Shown here: piece after piece, positions 21,781 to 31,171 of the stretch | How positions within the stretch are numbered: the stretch's first letter is position 1 | How the letters are laid out: each line of letters starts with the position of its first letter | NCBI GenBank assembly: GCA_038845975.1 | Contig: JAWBQF010000030.1 | Span: 1 to 33,591, forward strand | DNA: 33,591 nt | Direction: 5' to 3' | Origin: Candidatus Methanomethylicia archaeon | GTDB lineage: Archaea > Thermoproteota > Methanomethylicia > CALHIW01 | Notes under the pieces: generated by a model | Told to the model about the DNA's origin: nothing | Database searches by the model: none | Seen by the model: only the letters and a program-made list of their open reading frames with translations | Made by a program: the position numbers and the translations under genes

Positions 21781-22830
21781 CTATAAAACGGGAATTTTGC
21801 TGTAGCTTACTATGTTTTTGATATTTCTCTTAAATGGCGGTCTTATAATTCCTTTCTCAGTTATGATCATGCTAACAAGTCTTGGAGGAGTAATGTCAAA
21901 AGCTGGATTCCATACATTGACGTCTGGAGGAGCTATTTGATATCCCATTATTGATGTAACTTCATTACTTTCCCGCTCCTCTATTATGATATCTTCAATG
22001 TTTGAGCTTATATCTATTGTTGTTGTAGGAGCTACCACATAAAATGGTATTCCATGTTCATGTGCTAAAACTGCAAGAGTATATGTACCGATCTTATTTA
22101 TTACATGTCCGGCACGAAGTATCCTATCAGCACCAACAATTACTTTGTTTATCATTCTTTTTTGCATAGCAAATCCTACCATATTGTCTGTAATAAGTGT
22201 AAATGGTATTCCTTCAGTCTTAAGTTCAAAAGCTGTTATACGTGAACCCTGAAGTAAAGGCCTAGTTTCTGTTATTATAACCTTAAATCGTTTTCCTTGC
22301 CGCCATGCCTCCATTATAGCTCCAAGTGCCGTACCATAATCAACAGTAGCAAGAGGTCCTGTATTACAATGTGTTAAGACTGCATCATTATCCTCAATTA
22401 GCTGAGAAGCTATCTCAGAAACTTTTTTACTATACTCACATTCTTCTATCATTATATTTAATGCCTCATTAATAATTTCAGATTTAAGTTTATTCACATT
22501 ATTACTTAAGTACCTATTAACTATGTTTTCAAGTCTATTCAAGGCATAAAAAAGATTCTTTGCTGTGGGTCTTACTTTTTTAACCTTATCTATCCAATCA
22601 GTTATTTCTTTAGCTAAATTTTTAATGTTTTCTGCCTTACTATGGTAAGCTATTAAAGCAATAGTGAGAGCTCCGGCAACACCTATTGAAGGCGCTCCTC
22701 TAATTCTTAGTTTTCTTATAGCATCAACTATTTCTTCAGGATTTTCTGTTTCTATATACTCAAGCTTTAATGGTAGTTTACTTTGATCTACAAATCTGAC
22801 TTTACCTTGATTCCAAGTAATAGCTTTCAT
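21781..22830 (-). CDS. mtnA: methylthioribose-1-phosphate isomerase (eIF2B-like family)
   Basis: IRGAPSIG, RPTA.NL, LTHCNTG.LAT..YGTALG, ETRP.LQG.R.TA, GADRI, NKIGTY and NPAFDITP. Confidence 0.92.
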   Translation of the reverse strand: MKAITWNQGKVRFVDQSKLPLKLEYIETENPEEIVDAIRKLRIRGAPSIGVAGALTIALIAYHSKAENIKNLAKEITDWIDKVKKVRPTAKNLFYALNRLENIVNRYLSNNVNKLKSEIINEALNIMIEECEYSKKVSEIASQLIEDNDAVLTHCNTGPLATVDYGTALGAIMEAWRQGKRFKVIITETRPLLQGSRITAFELKTEGIPFTLITDNMVGFAMQKRMINKVIVGADRILRAGHVINKIGTYTLAVLAHEHGIPFYVVAPTTTIDISSNIEDIIIEERESNEVTSIMGYQIAPPDVNVWNPAFDITPPRLVSMIITEKGIIRPPFKRNIKNIVSYSKIPVL

Positions 22831-22919
22831 GAAACATATATTGTTTAAAAGAATTTAAATTTTCTACAAGTTTCCTAAATATTAGTTATATTTACTTTAA
22901 CCCAATTTCTTTCCTCTAT

Positions 22920-23476
22920 TGTCCCGTCAACTTTGGATGTTTATTTGATGTATTTTATTCTGTATTGTATGATTTGTGATGAATTCTCTGGGAGGTTAAA
23001 ACATTATTTATATTTTATACTTCAGTTATTAACTTATTTCTCTAGATATGATTTAGAGAATATGAATAGATTATTGGCTATTATCTGTATATGAACTTAT
23101 AGACTTAGCGATTTATCATCAATTATTCATATTGATTAGGAGGCTTACGTTAATAAATACACTATTAAGATCAATCATAATATGAATGTATTCAAAAGGA
23201 AGAGAGAAGTTATACTCATTAATCATTCCCACATATCAATCATAATACATACATAAAAGCTTTAAAAGAGATATAATGTTAAAATCATTATTACTGATAA
23301 AATCTACATACAGAATAGATTAAGCTATTAAGATAATAAACACTTTAAACCCCATAGAAGAATAATCAATACATGCAGATAAAAACACACAAACAATTAA
23401 ACACCACATAGAAAATAAAAATCGAAAATTCTAAGAGCAATAATAAAATAATATAACATCTAAAGTCGACAGGACA
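22920..23476. mobile_element. non-coding element with imperfect terminal inverted repeats (TGT...ACA ends)
   Basis: ATTGTCCCGTCAACTTTGGATGTT (22918-22941) matches the reverse complement of 23455-23478 at 21/24. No ORF inside. Confidence 0.55.
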
Positions 23477-23546
23477 ATCTTTCGGTAAGATGCAATTTAC
23501 CTAATAGTTTAAAACGAAGCTGTACTCCATGAATTTATTATGAAAT

Positions 23547-23635
23547 TACTTTGAGACTTAATTCTGAAATTCGTAATTGTAATCATAGTATTTAATGAAT
23601 GAAAATACAGGAAATAAGTACTAAACCACAAAGCT
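23547..23635. mobile_element. second, internally shorter copy of the IS5-related MITE
   Basis: Shares CTTAATTCTGAAATTC and TAGTATTTAATG with 2051-2177; ends in CCACAAAGCT like the IS5 TIR. Confidence 0.6.
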
Positions 23636-23957
23636 TTAATATTGAATTAATACATGTCCTCATTCTAAGGAGGCTTACCCATAAAAATAATGCTGGAAAT
23701 AATCAGTAATCAAAGATTGTTAGAAGAATGATAAAGGGTAAAAACTTCATTGTAAGCAAAATGTAAAATTTTCACAAATCACTATATACAATACGGAAAA
23801 TTTATGCAAATACTAATGCTAACATGATGAAGAATTTTATGAAGCTTGTATTGTCACTCATTAGAGTTATGTAAACCTAAGATGTAGTTACACTTAGATT
23901 TATAGGACCATATTAAACTAGAAAAATTTATTAAAAGAACTTTTATCTTAATTCATA

Positions 23958-24500
23958 ATGGTGTTATTATTGTCTTCAAATCCTTATATATGTAAGTTAA
24001 CAATTGATGGCGGATTGATAGAAGATGTAGATGCTATAAATAACCTCTATCATAATGATTTCTATGGTGAATTATCCGAAGGCATTTTAAAGCTTTTATC
24101 TGTTGAGGTACTATATCTAGAGCAGAAAGGCGTACTTATTGTTATTAATAATAAGAACCTAACTCTCTCTTTTGAGGATCTTATTAACTTCTATAGAAGA
24201 TATGATGAGGTTATTTGGGAGCGTTATTCACTATATCTTGACTTAAAACAGAGGGGGTATATTGTTAAAGGAGGTTTCAGTAATCGACTAGAATTTAGAG
24301 TATACAAAAGGGGGGCGTTTCCTCTCCATGATCCTGCAAATTTTATAGTAGTAGGAGTATTAGAAGGAAGACCCCTCTCACTTGAAGAACTCGATAAAAT
24401 AACAAGACAAACTAGAATTTCAAACAAGGAGTTAATCTTAGCTGTTATCGATAGAGAAGGGGGAATTACTTACTATGAAGTTGGCCTCATTACACTTTAA
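23958..24500 (+). CDS. endA: tRNA splicing endonuclease subunit, probably the structural (beta) subunit
   Basis: E.LYL, Y.DLK.RGY.VK, FRVY.RG, K.LILAVID and DREG.ITYYEV. The KYG.DF motif and the catalytic His are not conserved in position. Confidence 0.85.
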   Translation: MVLLLSSNPYICKLTIDGGLIEDVDAINNLYHNDFYGELSEGILKLLSVEVLYLEQKGVLIVINNKNLTLSFEDLINFYRRYDEVIWERYSLYLDLKQRGYIVKGGFSNRLEFRVYKRGAFPLHDPANFIVVGVLEGRPLSLEELDKITRQTRISNKELILAVIDREGGITYYEVGLITL

Positions 24501-25301
24501 CTCTAAGTATTAGGGTCTTCCACATCTTTAATAAATGATTTAGTTCTTTAACCGATTACTTCTCTATTTGCTCCACATATTTACTGTAAAAAGTAATTTC
24601 TTGAAAACTGTCATTTTTATACTTCTTCTAATAATCTTAGTGCCGAATGTTTCTCATTATGTACTGAAACATTACTAGATTTCCAGCTGTAAATAAGTTT
24701 TCATTTATTAAAGAAGTAAGAGTAGTAATAAGGTATTCTCAGTAATTTTTGGTTTAATTATTATATTAATTATAATCTTACTACTTTGTTGGTTTTACTT
24801 GAAGCTAGTGGTTTAGGATGAGAGTTAGATCATAAACATTTTAGGTTAATTTGTTGTACCAAGCATATCATGTTCGATATTCAAAACATTGATTTAATAC
24901 AATATCTATGTCTAATATTACATACTACAATATTTCCTTATTGAATAATCAAAAACTATGTAGAAGATGAAGTGGTTAAAATAGAATTTTCCATATAAGA
25001 AGATTAATAAATAATACATTATAAAATTGATAAAATTTCGGTTAATATTAGGTGTGTCTAACTTATGGTAGTTAACCGCTAAACTTAAGGTATTTTGCTG
25101 GGGTATGTGTTCATGCTAGGGAAGTTAGCCTGTACTGCTACTAGAATCATATATAAAATTGTTAAAAGTCATTCCAAAGAATAGTTTAAAATAAAAGCCA
25201 CCAGGAAGCTAGTTTACATCTGGCAGTTAACTGCTTGGCCTATTTGAGTACGTCCATTAAGTAGTTAAATCTTATATATTTGAATAATAAGATAGTATCC
25301 T

Positions 25302-25387
25302 GGGCCCGTAGCGCAGTATGGAAGCGCGTCGGCCTCCTATTAATTGAAGAAAGCCGTTGGTCGTGGGTTCAAATCCCACCGGGCCCG
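25302..25387 (+). tRNA. tRNA-Arg(CCU) with a 12-nt intron at 37/38 (25340-25351)
   Basis: GGGCCCG/CGGGCCC acceptor, GCGC D stem, loop CT CCT A|TTAATTGAAGAA|A, GTGGG-TTCAAAT-CCCAC T arm. Confidence 0.9.
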
Positions 25388-25404
25388 TTTTAAGGGAGTT
25401 ATTG

Positions 25405-25728
25405 TTAAGGCTGTATATTTTTTATCAAATCTCTAATTGAATTAAAGTATGCCGTTTTATTCTTTAGCTTTAGTTTTACTTTTTCTATAGGAAAACTCGT
25501 TATAATATTTGATGGTGAGATGGATCCAAAAGCTTTCACCCACTCAATATAATTTTCATTTTTATCTTCGGCATGAATATACCTATTTATTACTAAAACA
25601 TAACGTGAATTTTTAAAAAATATGTAAACCTTGAGTTTTTTGCAATATATTAGTCTATGTAAGTATTTAATATCTATCTGCATATCCGTATATGTTTCCT
25701 TACAATTTATATTTAGCCCACTTATCAT
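25405..25728 (-). CDS. hypothetical protein
   Basis: 107-aa ORF convergent with tRNA-Arg; no recognised motif. Confidence 0.45.
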   Translation of the reverse strand: MISGLNINCKETYTDMQIDIKYLHRLIYCKKLKVYIFFKNSRYVLVINRYIHAEDKNENYIEWVKAFGSISPSNIITSFPIEKVKLKLKNKTAYFNSIRDLIKNIQP

Positions 25729-26127
25729 CTTAACTGTCAGAGAAGGCTTTATGTAGTGAGTGAATTCAGACTTAATTAACTGAGATAGGAGTTGTGTGGT
25801 TGGTATTGTTAGTTTACTTTAAGGTTTAATTGTAGTTGGCTCTTCTAGTAGTTTTTCAGTCAACTTCAATATGTGATTAATCATCTAGATATGATTCAGC
25901 AGTTAAGCCTGAATTACCACTTCCGAAATCATCAAATCAGCTTAATAATTTAATGTTTCATTAATTTTGAGATTAAATCTTATCATTAACTCATAAGCCT
26001 AATATTGCCTTCAAACTATTGATGCTTATGTGGTCTAACTTAGCTTTCAAATCACCTATCTTAGATTGCTGTTAGTGTTGGAAGCAAAACTTTTATCTAT
26101 CTAATAAAACTTTATTAGTCATAATCT

Positions 26128-26258
26128 GCGGGGGTTCCCGAGCCAGGATAAAGGGGCAGAATTGTTATGCCCAGGACTTAAGATCAATGTTATAAAGAGG
26201 TTGGATATACGAAATCCTGTGGCATAGGCCTTCGTGGGTTCAAATCCCACCCCCCGCA
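26128..26258 (+). tRNA. tRNA-Leu(UAA) with two introns: 29/30 (26160-26174) and 37/38 (26183-26213)
   Basis: GCGGGGG/CCCCCGC-A acceptor and a long variable arm. Intron 1 BHB helix GGGC/GCCC; spliced arm CAGGA-CT TAA GA-TCCTG. Confidence 0.88.
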
Positions 26259-27620
26259 TCAAATTGAAAAATTATAGAAGCCTCAAACCATGTATGACGA
26301 GACGTTTTCAAAATATTTGAACCCTATACCTCATGTGTACTATTATGTATGTAAAATACTACCATTTTCAGTCCCTCAAAATTAAGAATTACTAACTGAT
26401 CAAACACTAATTTAGTGAGAAATAGATTTAATTTAGATCAATTATAGCATGGCTATTATTATATTTATTATTCTCATAACTCAGCAATTTTATAGTATTT
26501 GGATATGCATGTTTTCAACATCTTACTATAAGGACAGAGCTTTTTATTATCCTCCCAAAATCTTTCTAAATTCATAGAGCTGTTTATTTAGGAATTTTAT
26601 AGTATTTCCAATTTCTTATTGTATGTTAGATTATTTGCTATTAATATAATCTAGTATTCTTTACCTTCCCTATTTATGATAAATTTATGGCTAAAGCTAT
26701 TAGGTTTATTAGGAATAGAGTTCTCATTTACTCTAGTTATTTATATATTTCGTTTGTTGTAAATACATTAAGAAGATTAAAGCTATCTATGGTTCTAATA
26801 TAATTGTATTAAGTGTATGCTCATTATTATATGAGGTAAAATACTGAATTTAGTGAAGTATATAGTTTAGAGATTAGAATTAGTAAAGAAAATACCAACA
26901 ATAGAAATAACTATTCGATAATTACATATTACCAAACTATAGTAAGATTTTTTTAAGAGGATTAGCAAATATGAGAAGCCATTCATATAGTGCTTTAAGG
27001 CTACTTAAGCTAGAGGGAAAAAACACTCTCATTAATACTAAGTTTATAGAGGCAAAATTTAGATAGGCTGTAAGGCTAAATACTCTACAGAGAAGATACA
27101 TAAACTTCCTACACATTGATTCAGCCAATAAGCATGATCCGACAATCATAGGAGGGAGAGCATAATTCAATTGATAAAAACTAGATTTTACACTAAATTT
27201 GAAGGGGAAGTAGTAATTTTAGAGTTAAACTTCTAGGCTTTCCTAAAAGTAGATGTAGTAAAGGATACAGGCATAAAGATAAGCCTATATTCATTGAAAG
27301 AGGAAATTAGAAAACGTATCAATCGACAAATGCAAATGGGAAAATATTAGGGAAGATGATTGAGAGAAGAGTTGAGCAGAAATCAAACATTATATAGATG
27401 AATTATTGTCATGTAGTATAAGCTAAGAGGATAAAATCAGTTATTAATAGTAAATAGCTCAAAGACAAGTGTACAAGAGATGATCTGCATATTGATAATC
27501 ATGAGAATAGATTTAGCATGAAGACTCTATTAATACATAGAGGAGTATTGAAAGATGACTTAAAGACGTGCTTAACTCATTCAAACTTAGAGGTCTATGA
27601 GCTCTAGGTATGAGAATATA

Positions 27621-28328
27621 GATACTGCTACTTTCAGGTTTATGTTATTGCTGGTGGTTTTCCTAGGTTTTGATGAGGTCTTATCCAGTTATACCAGAGT
27701 ATGAAGAAGTTTAGGAATAGGTTGATCTTTATGAGTTTCTTGTCTGAAGTTGTGTAGAATCTTTTGCTCGATCCTTAAGTGTTCGAAACCATCTCTCTAT
27801 CGTATTCCTAGCGAAGGTTTGACATCTCAATCTTAAACCATGGTTATACAATGCCTGGGGATACCAAGGCCCCTACTAGGATTAGAGGCTTATTAACACA
27901 TGCCTTAAGGACTTGCTTCAGGAAGAGATCTGCATCCAGTATGCTTCTCCGCCATGAAGCCCTTACTGCTAGAAGCTCTTGGTCTTAACGTCTATTGCAG
28001 CCCACACGTAGAAATGATGCCCAGCCTCCTCAGCTTCACCTCATCAATAGCTACCATCCCCTATTGGCTTCACATCAATCCTTACGCTTCAATCTTTTGA
28101 ACCCAACACCATACAGATACATGGCCCACATGACAACTCGGCAGACGTAAGCAATATCCCTATAGCTAAGCCCAGCCATGTAGAGAATACATGCTCTCAA
28201 CTTCTTTTTAAGCGAAACCTTATCTGAAAACTCCTTTATCTCTTAGGGCTTTGAGAAGCTTACCTATTAATATCACCTCCAAAGAATAACTTCTCAAAGC
28301 CCCTCAAAAATCTAAAAGTAACAGTATC
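27621..28328 (-). mobile_element. IS6-family element with a disrupted transposase
   Basis: TIRs GATACTGCTACTTT / AAAGTAACAGTATC (13/14) and direct repeat GAGAATATA (27612-27620 / 28329-28337). Fragments AIDEVK, YVWAAIDVKT, GPWY and IERWFRTLK. Confidence 0.88.
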
Positions 28329-28655
28329 GAGAATATAAATGGTCCATATCTTAAATTTGCAAGACGAAAACTTCATTAGGTAAATATATAATCCATTTAA
28401 AATAACTTAGTATTTTTAAGTTATTAATACCACGTATTTCGAGCTAAAATTTTTAAGCTAATAGCTATTTAAAGTAATAACAAAGATATTTCTATTAAAT
28501 TTAACATGAAAAAAAGGTTTTTTATAGAGTTTGAATTGCATTTTTCTATTTTCTGTATATTTTTTACTTAATCTTTATCATTAAATAATTAATATTCTGC
28601 GAAAAATTTAAAAGTTGGCTTTCATGATTTATAATAGTTCTAAGGTGATGATGTT

Positions 28656-29042
28656 ATGAGGGTGTTGGGGAAACACATTATTGCTGAATTGTATGGATGC
28701 CGCTCCAACATCCTCGATGATCCTGTCCAGTTAGAAAAAGCCTTAGTTGAGGCGGCTAACAGAGCTAAGGCTAAAATATGTGGGAAACTTTTCTACAAAT
28801 TTAATCCACAAGGAGTAACTGGATTTGTACTCATATCGGAGTCGCACATATCAATACATACATGGCCCGAATATAATTATTGTGCTATAGATATCTTTAC
28901 ATGTGGAGAATCAACAAAGCCTTGGCTTGCATATGATTACCTAATTTCATTGCTAGACCCGAGTAATATTTCAGTTATGGAAATTGGCCGTGGTCTCAAG
29001 TCTCAGCTAAGACCTATTAAAGTTAAAAAATTAAAAACTTAA
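28656..29042 (+). CDS. speD: S-adenosylmethionine decarboxylase proenzyme (pyruvoyl-dependent; an arginine decarboxylase paralog is not excluded)
   Basis: G.HIIAELYGC, F.PQGVTG, ESHISIHTWPE and DIFTCG. Confidence 0.85.
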   Translation: MRVLGKHIIAELYGCRSNILDDPVQLEKALVEAANRAKAKICGKLFYKFNPQGVTGFVLISESHISIHTWPEYNYCAIDIFTCGESTKPWLAYDYLISLLDPSNISVMEIGRGLKSQLRPIKVKKLKT

Positions 29043-29788
29043 CTTTCTGTTTGCAGTTCTTCTTCACTGAAATATAATAAATACTTAACTTTACCATTAA
29101 GATCCTTAATATTTCTCCATCTATCTCCAATAGCTATCAAAGTAAATATTCCAACGATTTCTGCTCTTGCCTTTTTAATAATTTTAAGTAATGCGTACTG
29201 CTGTGCTCCATCTCTAATTATATCATCAACTATAAGTATATCATCTCCTCTTTTCAGAAGTTCCTTAGGAATATATAACTCAAATTCTATTGCCGCCTCA
29301 TTAATCTTTACTACTTCTTCTATGAATTTTTTAATACCTACTTCTCTATTTTTCTTTGCATATACTACCGGTACGGAAAGTTCGCGCGCTACCTGAACAG
29401 CTAGAGGTATTCCATCTGCTGCTATAGTAGCTACTTTACTTATTCTCTTGCCTGAGTATGTTTCAACTACAAACCTTGAAATATGTCTTAGTAGTATTAT
29501 ATCGGATAGAATTTTAGAATTATCAATATATCCATCACGTGTTGTTAATTTATTCCTTAAAAGCTTATCTAATGGAAACATTTCAAGTAGTTTACTCATT
29601 AACTTTTCTGTCCTCATAGGATTTGGCATTATATCTCCTGAAGCATAACGGTTTAAAGTACTTGCCGAAATTTTAGTCTGTTTTGCTATAAAACTGTAAC
29701 TATATTCATTCTTAATTAAACGTAATAAATCTATAACATAAAGCTGCTTACACATCAAATCATATTTTTTTTGTTTCATTAAGATCAT
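29039..29788 (-). CDS. HTH-fused phosphoribosyltransferase (PurR/Apt-like regulator)
   Basis: N-terminal HTH (YS.IA..T.I..STL.RY..G...P), ADGIPLA and the PRPP-binding ILIVDDIIR.G motif. Confidence 0.8.
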   Translation of the reverse strand: MILMKQKKYDLMCKQLYVIDLLRLIKNEYSYSFIAKQTKISASTLNRYASGDIMPNPMRTEKLMSKLLEMFPLDKLLRNKLTTRDGYIDNSKILSDIILLRHISRFVVETYSGKRISKVATIAADGIPLAVQVARELSVPVVYAKKNREVGIKKFIEEVVKINEAAIEFELYIPKELLKRGDDILIVDDIIRDGAQQYALLKIIKKARAEIVGIFTLIAIGDRWRNIKDLNGKVKYLLYFSEEELQTES

Positions 29789-30239
29789 CTCAAATCAAAT
29801 TAAAGTAGTAATATCTCTTAGGTAACTTAAATATATGTTGCTTAAATAAATTGTCCTTAGCAATTCGTGAAATTTATACGCTTTTTATCCATGGTTTCCT
29901 GAAAATCCTATTGTTTAAGTTGACTATAAAATCCTATCTCTAAGGGTTTCAGATAGGTTAATAGAGATTGTGAACTTAGCATGTTTATATTTCTGACCAT
30001 ATTTCATCAAATCCCAATTTAAGGCTTGAATTAACTGTCAATATATAGAATACTAAGTCTCTTTGACTGTCAATTATCTCCACGAGCTAAATAATTAACC
30101 ACAATGCTTTTACATATAAGTCCACAAAGTCGCTCTAATAGACGTAGCAACTTAGCGCACTATAGTTTTCTTCTTAAGCTGCCAGGTCCGCTCTAATTAA
30201 CGATAAATTTTTAAACTCCACGTATTTAAATAATATAGT

Positions 30240-30410
30240 CCCCGGGTAGCTCAGTCATGATGGAGTAATGGTAGGGAATCCCAGTAAAGAGCGATCGGCT
30301 GTAGATAATTATACATGGACCTTGCCTACTCAGGCGGGATGAAAATGTATCAGCTGAAACCGATTGGTCGGGGGTTCGAAATCTGTAGTACGAAAATCCC
30401 TCCCCGGGGA
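30240..30410 (+). tRNA. tRNA-Tyr(GUA) with four introns: 15/16 (30255-30268), D loop ~20a/20b (30274-30286), 37/38 (30305-30358), 59/60 (30381-30396)
   Basis: C1-G72 acceptor CCCCGGG/CCCGGGG-A, GCTC/GAGC D stem, ATCGG-CT GTA G|A-CCGAT anticodon arm, GGGGG/CCCTC T stem. BHB helices GCTC/GAGT, GTGG/CCAG (3/4), CTGT/GCTG (3/4) and TTCG/CGAA. Confidence 0.85.
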
Positions 30411-30641
30411 CTACTTTAGCTAAATTAAGTTTTTTATAATAAGGGGCTTATTATTTTATCTTAACATAACTAACATAAGATCATGTTTAGCTCTTTAAAA
30501 GGTTAATTTTTATTTCCTTTTAATATCTTTTTAGTTTTCCATAAATGAGAGTTGCTATAAAGAAAACAATTTTATTTTCTTCTAAAAATCTTTGATTACT
30601 GAACATTTGTAATGATTATTTACACATCATTACTTATAAAA

Positions 30642-30745
30642 TGGCGCCCCGGCCGAGATCTATTCATAACTTTTGAACTCGGGCCTGGCGGGTGACAGCC
30701 GCCAATACTGAACCGGGCTATACTCGGCATTAACTCTACCGGGGC
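30642..30745 (-). tRNA. tRNA-Asp(GUC) with encoded CCA and introns at 10/11 (30723-30735) and 58/59 (30660-30672)
   Basis: GCCCCGG/CCGGGGC-G-CCA and GGCGG-CT GTC AC-CCGCC; BHB helices CGGT/GCCG and GTTC/GAAT. Confidence 0.9.
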
Positions 30746-30777
30746 TTGCCGGGGCAAGATAATGTTTTCCTTATGAA

Positions 30778-30785
30778 TTTTTAAA
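30778..30785 (-). promoter_or_regulatory. putative TATA box of tRNA-Asp
   Basis: AAAAG-TTTAAAAA on the minus strand, starting 30 nt upstream of 30755. Confidence 0.6.
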
Positions 30786-31171
30786 CTTTTCTACCTAAAC
30801 TCTTATCCTGCCAACTCTTGAAGTTTCTACTTGAAAGTATTCTAACTCTGTACTGGTTATGATTTGTGATGGATCATTTAAGAGAGTAGGAACACAATCA
30901 TATTTGTACTTCAAGTCCTACTAACTACTTCTTAAATGTAGTTTGAGAAAAACAAGTAAGCTTTTTAACTATAGTTGTGAGGATATACGTAAGTGAAATC
31001 ATAGATTTAGTGAGATTACATCGATTACTCATATTTGTCAGGAAATATAGTTGATAACTATACCACTAGATATAATCCATTCGCTGTATGGATATAGGTT
31101 ACATTTAAGAGTGTAGGAAAAATTGGTTTGCATTCATTTATCATTTTCACATAATGATCTCCATGCATACA

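Noticed and set aside
26177-26214. Alternative splicing of tRNA-Leu at 33/34 giving a CGA (Ser) anticodon
   Set aside because: No BHB helix (AGGA versus GATA), and the body has Leu identity (A73).
26937-27170. 77-aa minus-strand ORF
   Set aside because: No motif. The plus strand shows only faint transposase-like scraps (INTKFIEA, IDSANKHD), too weak to call.
30298-30359. Tyr intron at 36/37 using a perfect GCTG/CAGC helix
   Set aside because: It would leave an 8-nt anticodon loop.
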